Below are positions 51,387 through 59,082 of a stretch of 59,082 nt of DNA, piece by piece. Every line of letters begins with the position of its first letter. Within the stretch, counting starts at the first letter, position 1. Both the position numbers and the translations under genes were made by a program. The notes under the pieces are model-generated. The model saw only the letters and a list, made by a program, of their open reading frames with translations. It had not been told where the DNA came from and did not search any database. Source of the DNA: Acidobacteriota bacterium. Lineage in GTDB: Bacteria > Acidobacteriota > Thermoanaerobaculia > Multivoradales > J023. The DNA lies in assembly GCA_029263355.1 (NCBI GenBank), contig JAJCXQ010000499.1, positions 1 through 59,082 on the forward strand, written 5' to 3'.

Positions 51387-52676
51387 ATGAGTAGAAACGC
51401 ATGGAACACCGGAATCCTAATTCTAGCCGTCTCTCTGTTCGCGGCCTGCAGCGCCGACACAGAGGATACCGTGTCGAGCGCCTCACCAGAGCATTCTCTC
51501 GCAGGGGTTTGGCGGGCGGTTCTCGCTTCGCCGGGTGGGGAGTTGCCGTTCACACTTCGCATAGACACCAAAAATGGCCAACTCGAAGCGGTGGCTCACA
51601 ACGGCTCAGAGGAAGTGCCCTTCAGTTCGGTAGAGCATCGCGCCTCGAGCGTGACGCTCCACTTCGAATGGTACGACTCGGAGATCACCGCAGTTTTGGC
51701 GCCGGACGGCAATTCGATGCTGGGCACCTGGCGGAAAACGATTCCAGGCGGTGATTCAACCCTACCGTTCCACGCTGTGCGAGGTGACGAGCGCCGCTTC
51801 TTGCCCGGTGACCGCACCGAAGTGGACAACCCCACTGGGTCCTCGATCGCAGGTCATTGGGCGGCAGAGTTCGTTGATGGCGAGAGCCGCGAGGTGGCGC
51901 GGGCCGAGTTTGAGCAGCAAGGCGACCGGGTGACGGGTACGTTCCTGACCCCAACCGGAGACTATCGTTTTCTCGAGGGCTCCTTCGAAGGCGGACTCCT
52001 GCGCCTTTCGACCTTCGATGGTGCGCACGCCTTTTTGTTTCAAGCGACGACCCAGGACGACGGATCCTTACAGGGCGACTTTTGGTCCCGCGACTCGTAC
52101 CACGCGACGTGGACCGCACATCGGGCCGAGGACGGTGAGCAAATCCTGCCGGATGCGTGGCAAGAGGTTGAGCTCACCAACGACGAAGGCACGTTCGTTT
52201 TCGAGTTTCCGGATCTGGACGGTAACCCGCTTTCGCTCGCGGACCCACGGTTCGCCGGCAAAGTCGTGATAGTCAACATCTTCGGCTCATGGTGTCCGAA
52301 CTGCAATGACGAGGCACCGCTGCTGGCGGAGTGGCATCGCCGCTACCGTGACCAAGGACTCGAGATCGTTGGCCTCGCCTACGAGTTCTCGGGTGATCCC
52401 GAGCGGGACCGTGTGATGGTTCGAAAGTTCGCCAAGCGCCATGGGATCGAGTATCCGTTGCTGCTGGCCGGCGTCAGCGACAAGGCCGCAGCAGGCGCAA
52501 CGTTGCCGGATTTGAGCGCCGTCCTGTCATACCCCACTACGGTTTACTTGGGTCGTGATGGTAAAGTTCGTCGAATTCACAGCGGATTCAGCGGGCCGGG
52601 TACCGGGCAACATTTCGACGCATTGGTCGCTGAGCTCGAGTCGACCATCGAGGAGCTCCTCAGTGAAGCTAGCTGA
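51387..52676 (+). CDS. lipoprotein with a C-terminal TlpA/redoxin-type thiol-disulfide oxidoreductase domain
   Basis: The lipobox-like signal is ILILAVSLFAAC. The thioredoxin-fold motif is VIVNIFGSWCPNCNDEAP. The ~270-aa N-terminal domain has unknown function. Confidence 0.75.
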   Translation: MSRNAWNTGILILAVSLFAACSADTEDTVSSASPEHSLAGVWRAVLASPGGELPFTLRIDTKNGQLEAVAHNGSEEVPFSSVEHRASSVTLHFEWYDSEITAVLAPDGNSMLGTWRKTIPGGDSTLPFHAVRGDERRFLPGDRTEVDNPTGSSIAGHWAAEFVDGESREVARAEFEQQGDRVTGTFLTPTGDYRFLEGSFEGGLLRLSTFDGAHAFLFQATTQDDGSLQGDFWSRDSYHATWTAHRAEDGEQILPDAWQEVELTNDEGTFVFEFPDLDGNPLSLADPRFAGKVVIVNIFGSWCPNCNDEAPLLAEWHRRYRDQGLEIVGLAYEFSGDPERDRVMVRKFAKRHGIEYPLLLAGVSDKAAAGATLPDLSAVLSYPTTVYLGRDGKVRRIHSGFSGPGTGQHFDALVAELESTIEELLSEAS

Positions 52677-52718
52677 AGCCTCGAGAACCCCAAAGCAAAT
52701 CATTTCGGAGACAACATA

Positions 52719-53957
52719 ATGCACGAAGCCTGGATCATCGATGCTGTCCGGACCCCACGCGGACGTGGCAAGAAAGACAAAGGCGCCCTCTCGGGTATCC
52801 ACCCACAAGAGCTCCTCGCCCAGACCTTGAACCAACTGGCCGACCGTACTGGCATCGTCAAAGGTGACGTGGAAGATGTTGTGGTCGGCTGTGTCAGTCA
52901 GGCGGAAGAACAAGGCGCCAACATCGCTCGCAATAGTGTGTTGGCTGCCGGCTGGCCACAGGAAGTGACCGGCGTCACGCTCAATCGCTTCTGTGGCTCG
53001 GGCTGTCAGGCGATCAATTTCGCCGCCACAGGGGTGATGAGTGGTCAGCAGGACCTGGCGATTGGCGGCGGCGTCGAGAGCATGTCGAGAGTGCCGATGG
53101 GGACGGACCGCGGTGGGATGGACGGCAACAATCTGCACCTACGGGACAAGGTCTACCAGGTGCCCCAGGGCATCAGCGCCGACCTCATCGCGACCCTCGA
53201 GGGATTTACCCGGGATGATGTCGATCGTTTTGCCGCCGAGTCTCAACGACGAGCCGGAGAAGCCATCGAGCACGGTTATTTTGCCAAGAGCCTGTTTTCG
53301 GTCAAGGATCCGGCAACCGGAGACATCGCCCTCGATCGGGATGAGCATCCGCGCCCCGGCACCACCGCCGAGTCCCTGGGGCAGCTCGACGCGGTGTTCG
53401 CCAAGGTTGGCGCGATGGTGCCCAACGGTAACGGCATGACTCTCGACCAGATCGCCCTGGAGCGTTATCCCGAAGCCGGACACCATATCGAGCACGTCCA
53501 CACCGCCGGAAATTCTTCCGGCATTGTTGATGGTGCAGCCGCGGTTTTGGTGGCTTCGGACACCTATGCCAGGACACATGGCCTCGAGCCGCGGGCGCGC
53601 ATCCGAGCGATGGCGACCGCCGGCGCCGAGCCTTTGATCATGTTGACCGCCCCGACCCCGGCCTCGCAGCGAGCCCTCGATAAGGCGGGAATGAACGCGG
53701 CCGATATCGATCTTTGGGAGATCAATGAAGCGTTTGCCGCGGTCCCGTTGCAGACCATCCGCAACTTGGGGATCGATCCCGAGCGGGTCAACGTCAACGG
53801 CGGCGCCATCGCCCTGGGGCATCCCCTCGGCGCGACCGGCGCTGTGCTGATGGGGACCTTAGTCGACGAGCTCGAGCGGCGCGATCTCAGCACCGGCTTG
53901 GTGACCCTATGCATCGGTGGAGGAATGGGTATCGCAACTATTATCGAGCGGATCTAG
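52719..53957 (+). CDS. acetyl-CoA C-acyltransferase (thiolase I-like)
   Basis: Motifs are [41 protein letters not shown] and CIGGGMGIA. Confidence 0.9.
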   Translation: MHEAWIIDAVRTPRGRGKKDKGALSGIHPQELLAQTLNQLADRTGIVKGDVEDVVVGCVSQAEEQGANIARNSVLAAGWPQEVTGVTLNRFCGSGCQAINFAATGVMSGQQDLAIGGGVESMSRVPMGTDRGGMDGNNLHLRDKVYQVPQGISADLIATLEGFTRDDVDRFAAESQRRAGEAIEHGYFAKSLFSVKDPATGDIALDRDEHPRPGTTAESLGQLDAVFAKVGAMVPNGNGMTLDQIALERYPEAGHHIEHVHTAGNSSGIVDGAAAVLVASDTYARTHGLEPRARIRAMATAGAEPLIMLTAPTPASQRALDKAGMNAADIDLWEINEAFAAVPLQTIRNLGIDPERVNVNGGAIALGHPLGATGAVLMGTLVDELERRDLSTGLVTLCIGGGMGIATIIERI

Positions 53958-54021
53958 CTAGCGGGCCACGCTGCGCATCATTTGCGGCCAATTTCTCGGC
54001 TAGCGGTTTCGAATCCGGTGT

Positions 54022-54639
54022 TTGATGTGTCTCATAGGTGTGATGCATCTGCAACCCGCCCAACTACACGAAGCGAGAGAAACGAACGTGGAGCCGACTA
54101 GGGAGCGGCGTCTTCTCGAAGCCTTGGCGTCGGGTGACCAGCGAGCGGCGGAGAAGCTGGTTGACGAAACCTATCGCCAGGTTTTCGCATCGCTCGTTCG
54201 ATTGACCGGGGGCGATATCGAGACCGCTGCTGACCTCACCCAGGAAACTTACCGCAAGGCTTGGAAGTCGCTGCCGAGCTTCCGGCGGCGATCGCAGCTC
54301 ACGACGTGGCTCTATCGCATCGCCTACAACACCTACCTCAACTCCATCAGGCGTCCCGTTCTGCTCCAGCCGATCGACGAACAACAGGCCGTCGCGGTCG
54401 AGGATCCGCGGCCTGACCAAGAAGACAGGCTCCGGCTGCGAGAAGTCTCTGAGCGATTACGGCGTGCCGTCATCGGCTTGCCCGAGCCCCTAAGGTTCAC
54501 GATTTCCGCCCGGTTCTGGGGAGAAGTGCCGGTCGAGGAGATCGCTCGCGGGGAGCAGGTGACGGGCGCCGCGATCCGCAAACGACTGAAGACCGCCATG
54601 AGCCGTCTGCGAGAGGTTCTTGGGGAGGACGCGCTATGA
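54022..54639 (+). CDS. RNA polymerase ECF-type sigma-70 factor
   Basis: Region 2 is DLTQETYRKAWKSLPSFRRRSQLTTWLYRIAYNTYLN. Region 4 is VPVEEIARGEQVTGAAIRKRLKTAMSRLR. The true start is probably GTG at 54088 (gagaga upstream). Confidence 0.8.
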   Translation: MMCLIGVMHLQPAQLHEARETNVEPTRERRLLEALASGDQRAAEKLVDETYRQVFASLVRLTGGDIETAADLTQETYRKAWKSLPSFRRRSQLTTWLYRIAYNTYLNSIRRPVLLQPIDEQQAVAVEDPRPDQEDRLRLREVSERLRRAVIGLPEPLRFTISARFWGEVPVEEIARGEQVTGAAIRKRLKTAMSRLREVLGEDAL

Positions 54640-55841
54640 GCCAGCCAACAGATCGCGAGCTCAGAAGTCTGCTCGCTGGCGGCGAGGTTCCGGAGCCACC
54701 GGCTGGACTCGCGGCGCGCATCAAAAGCGAAATCCCGCCAGACCTGTCAGCAAACATCTTCGAGCCGATCGAATTCGACGCCCCTGCTCGCGTCAGCCCG
54801 TCCAGGTTGTGGTTGATGGCCGCCAGTATCATCGTCGCGGTTGGCGCCGGCTTGTTCGTCAGCCGTCAAATGGATCATCTTCCGACACCAGAATCCTCTG
54901 GCGACCGATCTCTCGCAGATGCGTCGGTGGCAGAGCCGATGGCGGCAGAGTCGACGGCGGCAGAGTCGACGGTGGCAGAGACCGTGGTAGCAGAGTCGAC
55001 GGTGGCAGAGCAGGAATCGGAGCCGACTCGGTCTCCGGCGGAAACTGCAGGTCGCGATGCCGAACCGAGTGCCTCAGCCCCAGAGCTCTCTTCAGCCGAC
55101 GGGCTCGCAGCGCGCCAGCGCCCCGCCCCCCAGGATTCGAAACCGGTGGCGAGATCTAGTCCAGAGTCGTCATTTCGATCGGATGTCTCGAGTCGTGCCC
55201 AAGGGCTCGCCGAGAAGAGCCTCGAAGCGCCCGGCGAGCGACAGACGGGGCCGAGCGTCAGACAACGGAGGGGCGACGCGGCGGCAGACTTCACCCCGCA
55301 GCTCGGCGTGGGTGCGACGCAGGCACCGGCTCGCGAAACGCAGGCTGCCGCGGTAGTACCTCCGGCAGCCGAATCGGCTAGGTTCGAGAAACGTGTGCTC
55401 GGTCAGGCCTCCGAAGGGATGGGCGCCAGTCAGCCCTCCGGCACCGAGGACCAGAGTTCTCTCTCCTTCAGTCTCGAAATCGGTACGGCGTCCTACACGC
55501 TGACGCGCAAGTTGCTACGCGAGGGTCAGCTGCCACCGCCGGAGGCCATTCGACCGGAGGAGTTCGTCAATGGCTTCAAACGTGAATTCGAAGCCGGGCC
55601 AGCGATCGACTCCCCCGAGTGGGCTGGGTCGTCTCCGGCATTTCGTCTCACCACCCTCGTCTCAGAGTTCGCCGAGGTCCTGGCGCGACGCGATCGAGGA
55701 GCCATCGGATCTGATCTCGAAGACCTACGGCGTCGAGCTCAGGCGCTCTCCGACGAGCCAAATGAGCAGCCCGCGGCAGAGGAGCTTTTGACGATGGTCA
55801 GTCGGGTCCTGGAGTTGGTCGGCTCCCAGGAGGAACGCTAG
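54636..55841 (+). CDS. putative anti-sigma factor / membrane protein with a vWA-N-terminal-like module but no vWA domain
   Basis: The start overlaps the sigma gene stop in ATGA. The TM segment is LWLMAASIIVAVGAGLFV. The C-terminal segment SFSLEIGTASYTLTRKLLREGQLPPPEAIRPEEFVNGFK resembles the module that precedes vWA domains in YfbK-type proteins. Here the protein ends ~90 aa later. Confidence 0.55.
   Translation: MSQPTDRELRSLLAGGEVPEPPAGLAARIKSEIPPDLSANIFEPIEFDAPARVSPSRLWLMAASIIVAVGAGLFVSRQMDHLPTPESSGDRSLADASVAEPMAAESTAAESTVAETVVAESTVAEQESEPTRSPAETAGRDAEPSASAPELSSADGLAARQRPAPQDSKPVARSSPESSFRSDVSSRAQGLAEKSLEAPGERQTGPSVRQRRGDAAADFTPQLGVGATQAPARETQAAAVVPPAAESARFEKRVLGQASEGMGASQPSGTEDQSSLSFSLEIGTASYTLTRKLLREGQLPPPEAIRPEEFVNGFKREFEAGPAIDSPEWAGSSPAFRLTTLVSEFAEVLARRDRGAIGSDLEDLRRRAQALSDEPNEQPAAEELLTMVSRVLELVGSQEER
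54927..55016. repeat. six tandem 15-bp in-frame repeats (g[tc][ga]gcagag-N6) inside the anti-sigma-like gene
   Basis: Units lie at 54927, 54942, 54957, 54972, 54987 and 55002. The units at 54942-54956 and 54957-54971 are identical. The encoded peptide is VAEPM-AAEST-AAEST-VAETV-VAEST-VAEQE. Confidence 0.85.
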
Positions 55842-55860
55842 ACTCACGCCACCGCACTGC

Positions 55861-55890
55861 GACACCGCGACACCGAGACACCGCGACAAC
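55861..55890. repeat. 8-bp microsatellite-like repeat (GACACCGC x ~3.75) in the intergenic region upstream of the adenosine deaminase gene
   Basis: The units are gacaccgc, gacaccga, gacaccgc and gacaac at 55861-55890. Confidence 0.8.
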
Positions 55891-55921
55891 GGCAATCGAC
55901 CCCAAGCATCTCGGAGGCCCT

Positions 55922-56926
55922 ATGACCGAAGCGACTTATCCCGCAGAGCTCATTCGTTCAGCTCCGAAGGCCGAGCTTCATGTCCATCTCGAAGGCAGTG
56001 TCGGAGCCGAGACCTTGCTCGCCTTGGCCGAGGACCACGGAGTACAGCCCCCGGCACGGGATGTCGAGGGAATCCGAGACTGGTACAGCTTTCGCGACTT
56101 CCCCGATTTTCTGGAACGTTACTTCTTCGTTTGCCGGCTGCTGAAACGCAGAGAAGACTTCCAGCGCGTCGCTTACGACTACCTGCTGACGGCCCATCAT
56201 CAAGGCGCCGTCCACGTCGAGTTTCACATCTCGTCGAGCTATCACACCCAAGAAGTTGGTCTCGATTGGTCGGTGGTGTTGGAAGGCGCCGTTGCGGGTT
56301 GTGAGCAGGCCGAACAAGCGTGCGGGATTTCCTCGCTGCTGATTCCGGATCTTTCACCCCACCTGGGGGCAGCGTCCGCCCAGGCGACCATGGATGCCGT
56401 TTTGGCTCAGCTCCACCCGCGGGTGGTGGCACTGGGAATGGGTGGCCCGTCCGACCGTTGGTGGGATGAGGACTTTGAGTCCGCCTTCGATCGTGCCCGC
56501 GCCGCCGGCCTGCGGACCGTCTGCCACGCTGGCGAGCACGGTCCGGCCAAAGAGATACGACATGCGATCGAAAACTTCGGCGCCGAGCGAATCCAACACG
56601 GGATCGCCGCGATCGACGCCCCAGACGTGCTCGGCCTCCTGCTTGCCAAGAAGATTCCGTGTGACGTCTGCCCGGCGAGCAACTTCGCACTCAAAGCGGT
56701 TGATGATCTCGCGTCTCACCCCTTGCCACGGATGGTCGAAGCCGGCTTGACGATCACCCTCGGTAGCGACGACCCACCGCTATTCCATACCGATCTCCTG
56801 AACGAATATCGCATCGCTTGGGAATATGGCCAGCTGCGGGAAGCGGCCTTGTTCGATTTTGCCAAGAACTCGATCACCGAAAGCTTCGCGACCCCCGAGG
56901 CCAAAGAGCGTTGGCTGACAAGCTGA
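55922..56926 (+). CDS. add: adenosine deaminase family protein
   Basis: Motifs are KAELHVHLEGS, VCHAGEHG and TLGSDDPPLF. Confidence 0.85.
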   Translation: MTEATYPAELIRSAPKAELHVHLEGSVGAETLLALAEDHGVQPPARDVEGIRDWYSFRDFPDFLERYFFVCRLLKRREDFQRVAYDYLLTAHHQGAVHVEFHISSSYHTQEVGLDWSVVLEGAVAGCEQAEQACGISSLLIPDLSPHLGAASAQATMDAVLAQLHPRVVALGMGGPSDRWWDEDFESAFDRARAAGLRTVCHAGEHGPAKEIRHAIENFGAERIQHGIAAIDAPDVLGLLLAKKIPCDVCPASNFALKAVDDLASHPLPRMVEAGLTITLGSDDPPLFHTDLLNEYRIAWEYGQLREAALFDFAKNSITESFATPEAKERWLTS

Positions 56927-57042
56927 CGCCTGTGTGATCTTCACACACCCCCGTTGGCGTTGCTGACTGGCTGCGTGAACTTCACACGGCGGAGTAAGAA
57001 ATCTTTGCTCGCCTATGCAACCGATCTTTGCTCCCAAGTGAC

Positions 57043-59082
57043 CTACTCCGGCATCTCCGTACCCCAGAAGTAGCGGTCGAAGAAGGGATCAAAATCCTGC
57101 TGAGTCATATGCTCCAGCAGACCGACGAGGTGTTTGGTGGTGACGAATTTCCATGCGAAGTTCCCTTGGATGGAGCGCAGGAACGAAAGGAAAGCTTCGT
57201 CACCAATCTCGTCGTGGAGACTCGCCAGCAGATAAGAACCCTTGTCGTACACCAGCTGGGTTCGACGCAGACCGCTGAGGCCGGGATCCGACGGATCCAT
57301 GAGGCGGTTGGCCATGGCGACCGAAGCAATTTCGGTAGCCTCCTTGGCATCACCCCTCCAGTCCGCACGCATCGCCTTGTAGCCAGATTCCCCTTTCAGT
57401 TTCTTGACGACGAAGGACGACGCGTAGTCGGCGAAAGACTCGTGGATCCAAGTGTCTTGCCTGCTCGCCGCCTTGATCACGTGGCCCCAATACTGATGGG
57501 CAATTTCGTGGGCGAAGCGGTGGTTGATACCTTGCGAAAAAATCCGATTCAGCTGCCCCACCCGGGATTGAAAAGCTTCTTGAGTGATGTACATCGTCCC
57601 CGGCGGCGCCTGGCCGAAGCCAAAAGAGTTGACCTCGATGATGTTGAGCTCTTTGAACGGAAACGGCCCGAGCCAAGGCTCGTAGAAGCCAATCATCTTA
57701 AAGGCCAAATTCGAGAGCTTCTCGATTGCGCGTTTGTTCTTCGCCCCATAACTCGCGACTCGAACCGTGATGCCACCCTGAGTGGCTTCCTCGTACCAAT
57801 ACTTACCGGCGTGGAGAACGGTTCCCCATACCGGGTTCTGGATCCGATTCTTGACGACGTTGTAGTCGCCTTCTTCGCCGCGGAACACCGTTTCTCCGGG
57901 TGCAAATGCGGTGAACGGCTTGGGCACTCGCACCGTGGAGTTGACGGTGAAGTACCGGCCGGTAAAGCTCGGCTGAGGGAACCAAGGGCCAAACCCCAGT
58001 TGCCAGAAGTTGTCGCCGCCAGGCCGGAAGAGGAGGTCGCCCTCGAGCTCAAAATGGAGCCGAAAACTTTTGCCGGCGGGGGCGGGCTCGGGCAGCTCGA
58101 CCACTAGGCCGTTATAGCGATGGAAGTGCCCTACAGACCTACCGGCATCGTCTTTGATGCTCTTGACGCGATAATGCCGATGTTTTCGGATCAGGAGATC
58201 ACTGTAGAGATCGAAACGAAAGACCTTCTGATCGCGGCTTAGGGGAGTGAGGGTCTCGGTGACGGCGACCGAGAGGTCTTCCTTGTTCGATGCGGTCAGA
58301 TCGTAAGTCAGGTCCGACATCAAGACGGTAGGATCTTCGAAATCGGTGCTCGCTCGCCCAATCGGCTGATCGAAGAGGATGACCGGCCGCAGCGTCAGGG
58401 AGATCGCTTGGCGTTTGTGTAGGCTGTAGAGGGTTTCGGATCGACGAAAGACCGGATCCATCACATAGGCCAGCTGATCCTTACCGGAGACCATCTCGGC
58501 GCGCACCACGGTCGTTTCCGGCAGGTCGATCTTGGGCTGAACAAAGAGCAAGCTCGGGGGAGCAAGCCAGTCGTTCTCGAATGTTTTACGGTGCCGCTCG
58601 AAACTCTCCTGAGGAGCCGGGGAATCACCCGGTGGTAAGGGCGGCAGGACGTCCGGTGTGCACCACAACAGGACCCGATCGAGGGAGCCAGTGGCAGACA
58701 GTTGGTCGCCGTCCGCTTCGACCCCCAGCTTGGTCGCTTTGCCGATATTGAAACGACTGACCGCGGTCTCTAACGGATCTCTGGAGTCATAGAGCAGCTG
58801 GCCTTGGCCTTCGAAGAAGATGCCGGCGACCTCGTCTCCAACGAGCACCGGTGCAGCGGTACCAGAGGCCATCAAGAGGCTCAGGCCCCCGGTCGCGAAT
58901 ACCAGATTCTGGACTTGCGAACCCGGTCCCACGCTAGGATGCTCGTAGTTCTCGGCGATCGTGGCAACAGACAGCTCAGAGGCGTACATCGCAAAGCTCG
59001 AGCCTTGCAGAAAAGCGGCCAAAAAGATCGAGACGAAGGTCTTCAGAACCGGGGTCTTCAAAACAGGGGTCTTCAAAACAGG
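57043..59082 (-). CDS. M1-family zinc metallopeptidase (aminopeptidase N-like), secreted; the 5' end may run off the right window edge
   Basis: The zinc motif is HEIAHQYWGH, with the downstream third ligand in WIHESFADY. The signal-like N-terminus is FVSIFLAAFLQGSSFA. The track start at 59076 is a TTG. The frame stays open to 59082 and continues the KTPVL repeat. Confidence 0.8.
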   Translation of the reverse strand, partial: PVLKTPVLKTPVLKTFVSIFLAAFLQGSSFAMYASELSVATIAENYEHPSVGPGSQVQNLVFATGGLSLLMASGTAAPVLVGDEVAGIFFEGQGQLLYDSRDPLETAVSRFNIGKATKLGVEADGDQLSATGSLDRVLLWCTPDVLPPLPPGDSPAPQESFERHRKTFENDWLAPPSLLFVQPKIDLPETTVVRAEMVSGKDQLAYVMDPVFRRSETLYSLHKRQAISLTLRPVILFDQPIGRASTDFEDPTVLMSDLTYDLTASNKEDLSVAVTETLTPLSRDQKVFRFDLYSDLLIRKHRHYRVKSIKDDAGRSVGHFHRYNGLVVELPEPAPAGKSFRLHFELEGDLLFRPGGDNFWQLGFGPWFPQPSFTGRYFTVNSTVRVPKPFTAFAPGETVFRGEEGDYNVVKNRIQNPVWGTVLHAGKYWYEEATQGGITVRVASYGAKNKRAIEKLSNLAFKMIGFYEPWLGPFPFKELNIIEVNSFGFGQAPPGTMYITQEAFQSRVGQLNRIFSQGINHRFAHEIAHQYWGHVIKAASRQDTWIHESFADYASSFVVKKLKGESGYKAMRADWRGDAKEATEIASVAMANRLMDPSDPGLSGLRRTQLVYDKGSYLLASLHDEIGDEAFLSFLRSIQGNFAWKFVTTKHLVGLLEHMTQQDFDPFFDRYFWGTEMPE
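59038..59082. repeat. three tandem 15-bp repeats (ggtcttca[g/a]aac[c/a]gg) at the 5' end of the peptidase gene, truncated by the window edge
   Basis: Units lie at 59038-59052, 59053-59067 and 59068-59082. The last two are identical. On the minus strand they encode the repeated peptide (P)VLKT. Confidence 0.85.

Noticed and set aside
57028-58107. 359-aa + strand ORF opposite the M1 peptidase gene
   Set aside because: The minus-strand frame carries HEIAHQYWGH and WIHESFADY. The + strand translation has no recognisable features.

Overview
This is a gene-dense 59-kb chromosomal window from a high-GC diderm bacterium (LptD, a TonB C-terminal domain, a CsgG-like lipoprotein and MltG are all present). 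A hand count of 9001-9120 gives 73/120 G+C. I call 49 protein-coding genes and one tRNA-Arg(ACG). I recognised no rRNA, CRISPR array, transposase or integrase. Layout: (1) The left edge looks accessory. It holds an efflux adaptor fragment, a DUF234-type AAA ATPase behind four tandem 15-bp palindromic sites, a Uma2 nuclease and a 996-aa orphan protein. A repeat-packed ~445-bp insert follows, bounded by a duplicated gene 3' end. (2) A glycan-modification cluster holds a GNAT fusion, a PIG-L/GT2/coiled-coil fusion, a GT4 and two GT2 genes. It is interleaved with an ECF sigma/anti-sigma/YbjQ operon and a low-complexity PEGA protein. (3) A housekeeping and envelope block holds maeB, a CsgG-like gene, a pseudokinase-TonB fusion, mltG, ruvX, a thiolase, lptD, 6-deoxyhexose genes, tsaD, an aminotransferase, an NYN-LOTUS protein, a dNK and thiG. 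(4) Next come a 41-bp repeat array, tRNA-Arg, and a TetR regulator with an acyl-CoA dehydrogenase. (5) A visibly lower-GC island (~43.6-49.2 kb; 56/120 G+C at 44701-44820) carries the top candidate. This is a Cys-free NHLP/Nif11-like leader-type peptide next to a stand-alone SagB/ThcOx-type dehydrogenase, with no YcaO or cyclodehydratase. A Hanks kinase-TPR receptor gene converges on the pair. (6) The right end holds a PEGA protein, patatin, a TlpA-like redoxin, a second thiolase, a second ECF pair, adenosine deaminase and an M1 peptidase. Perfect 15- or 18-bp tandem duplications recur throughout, several of them in frame at CDS 5' ends. All functional names come from motifs read in the supplied translations. 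No database search was possible.
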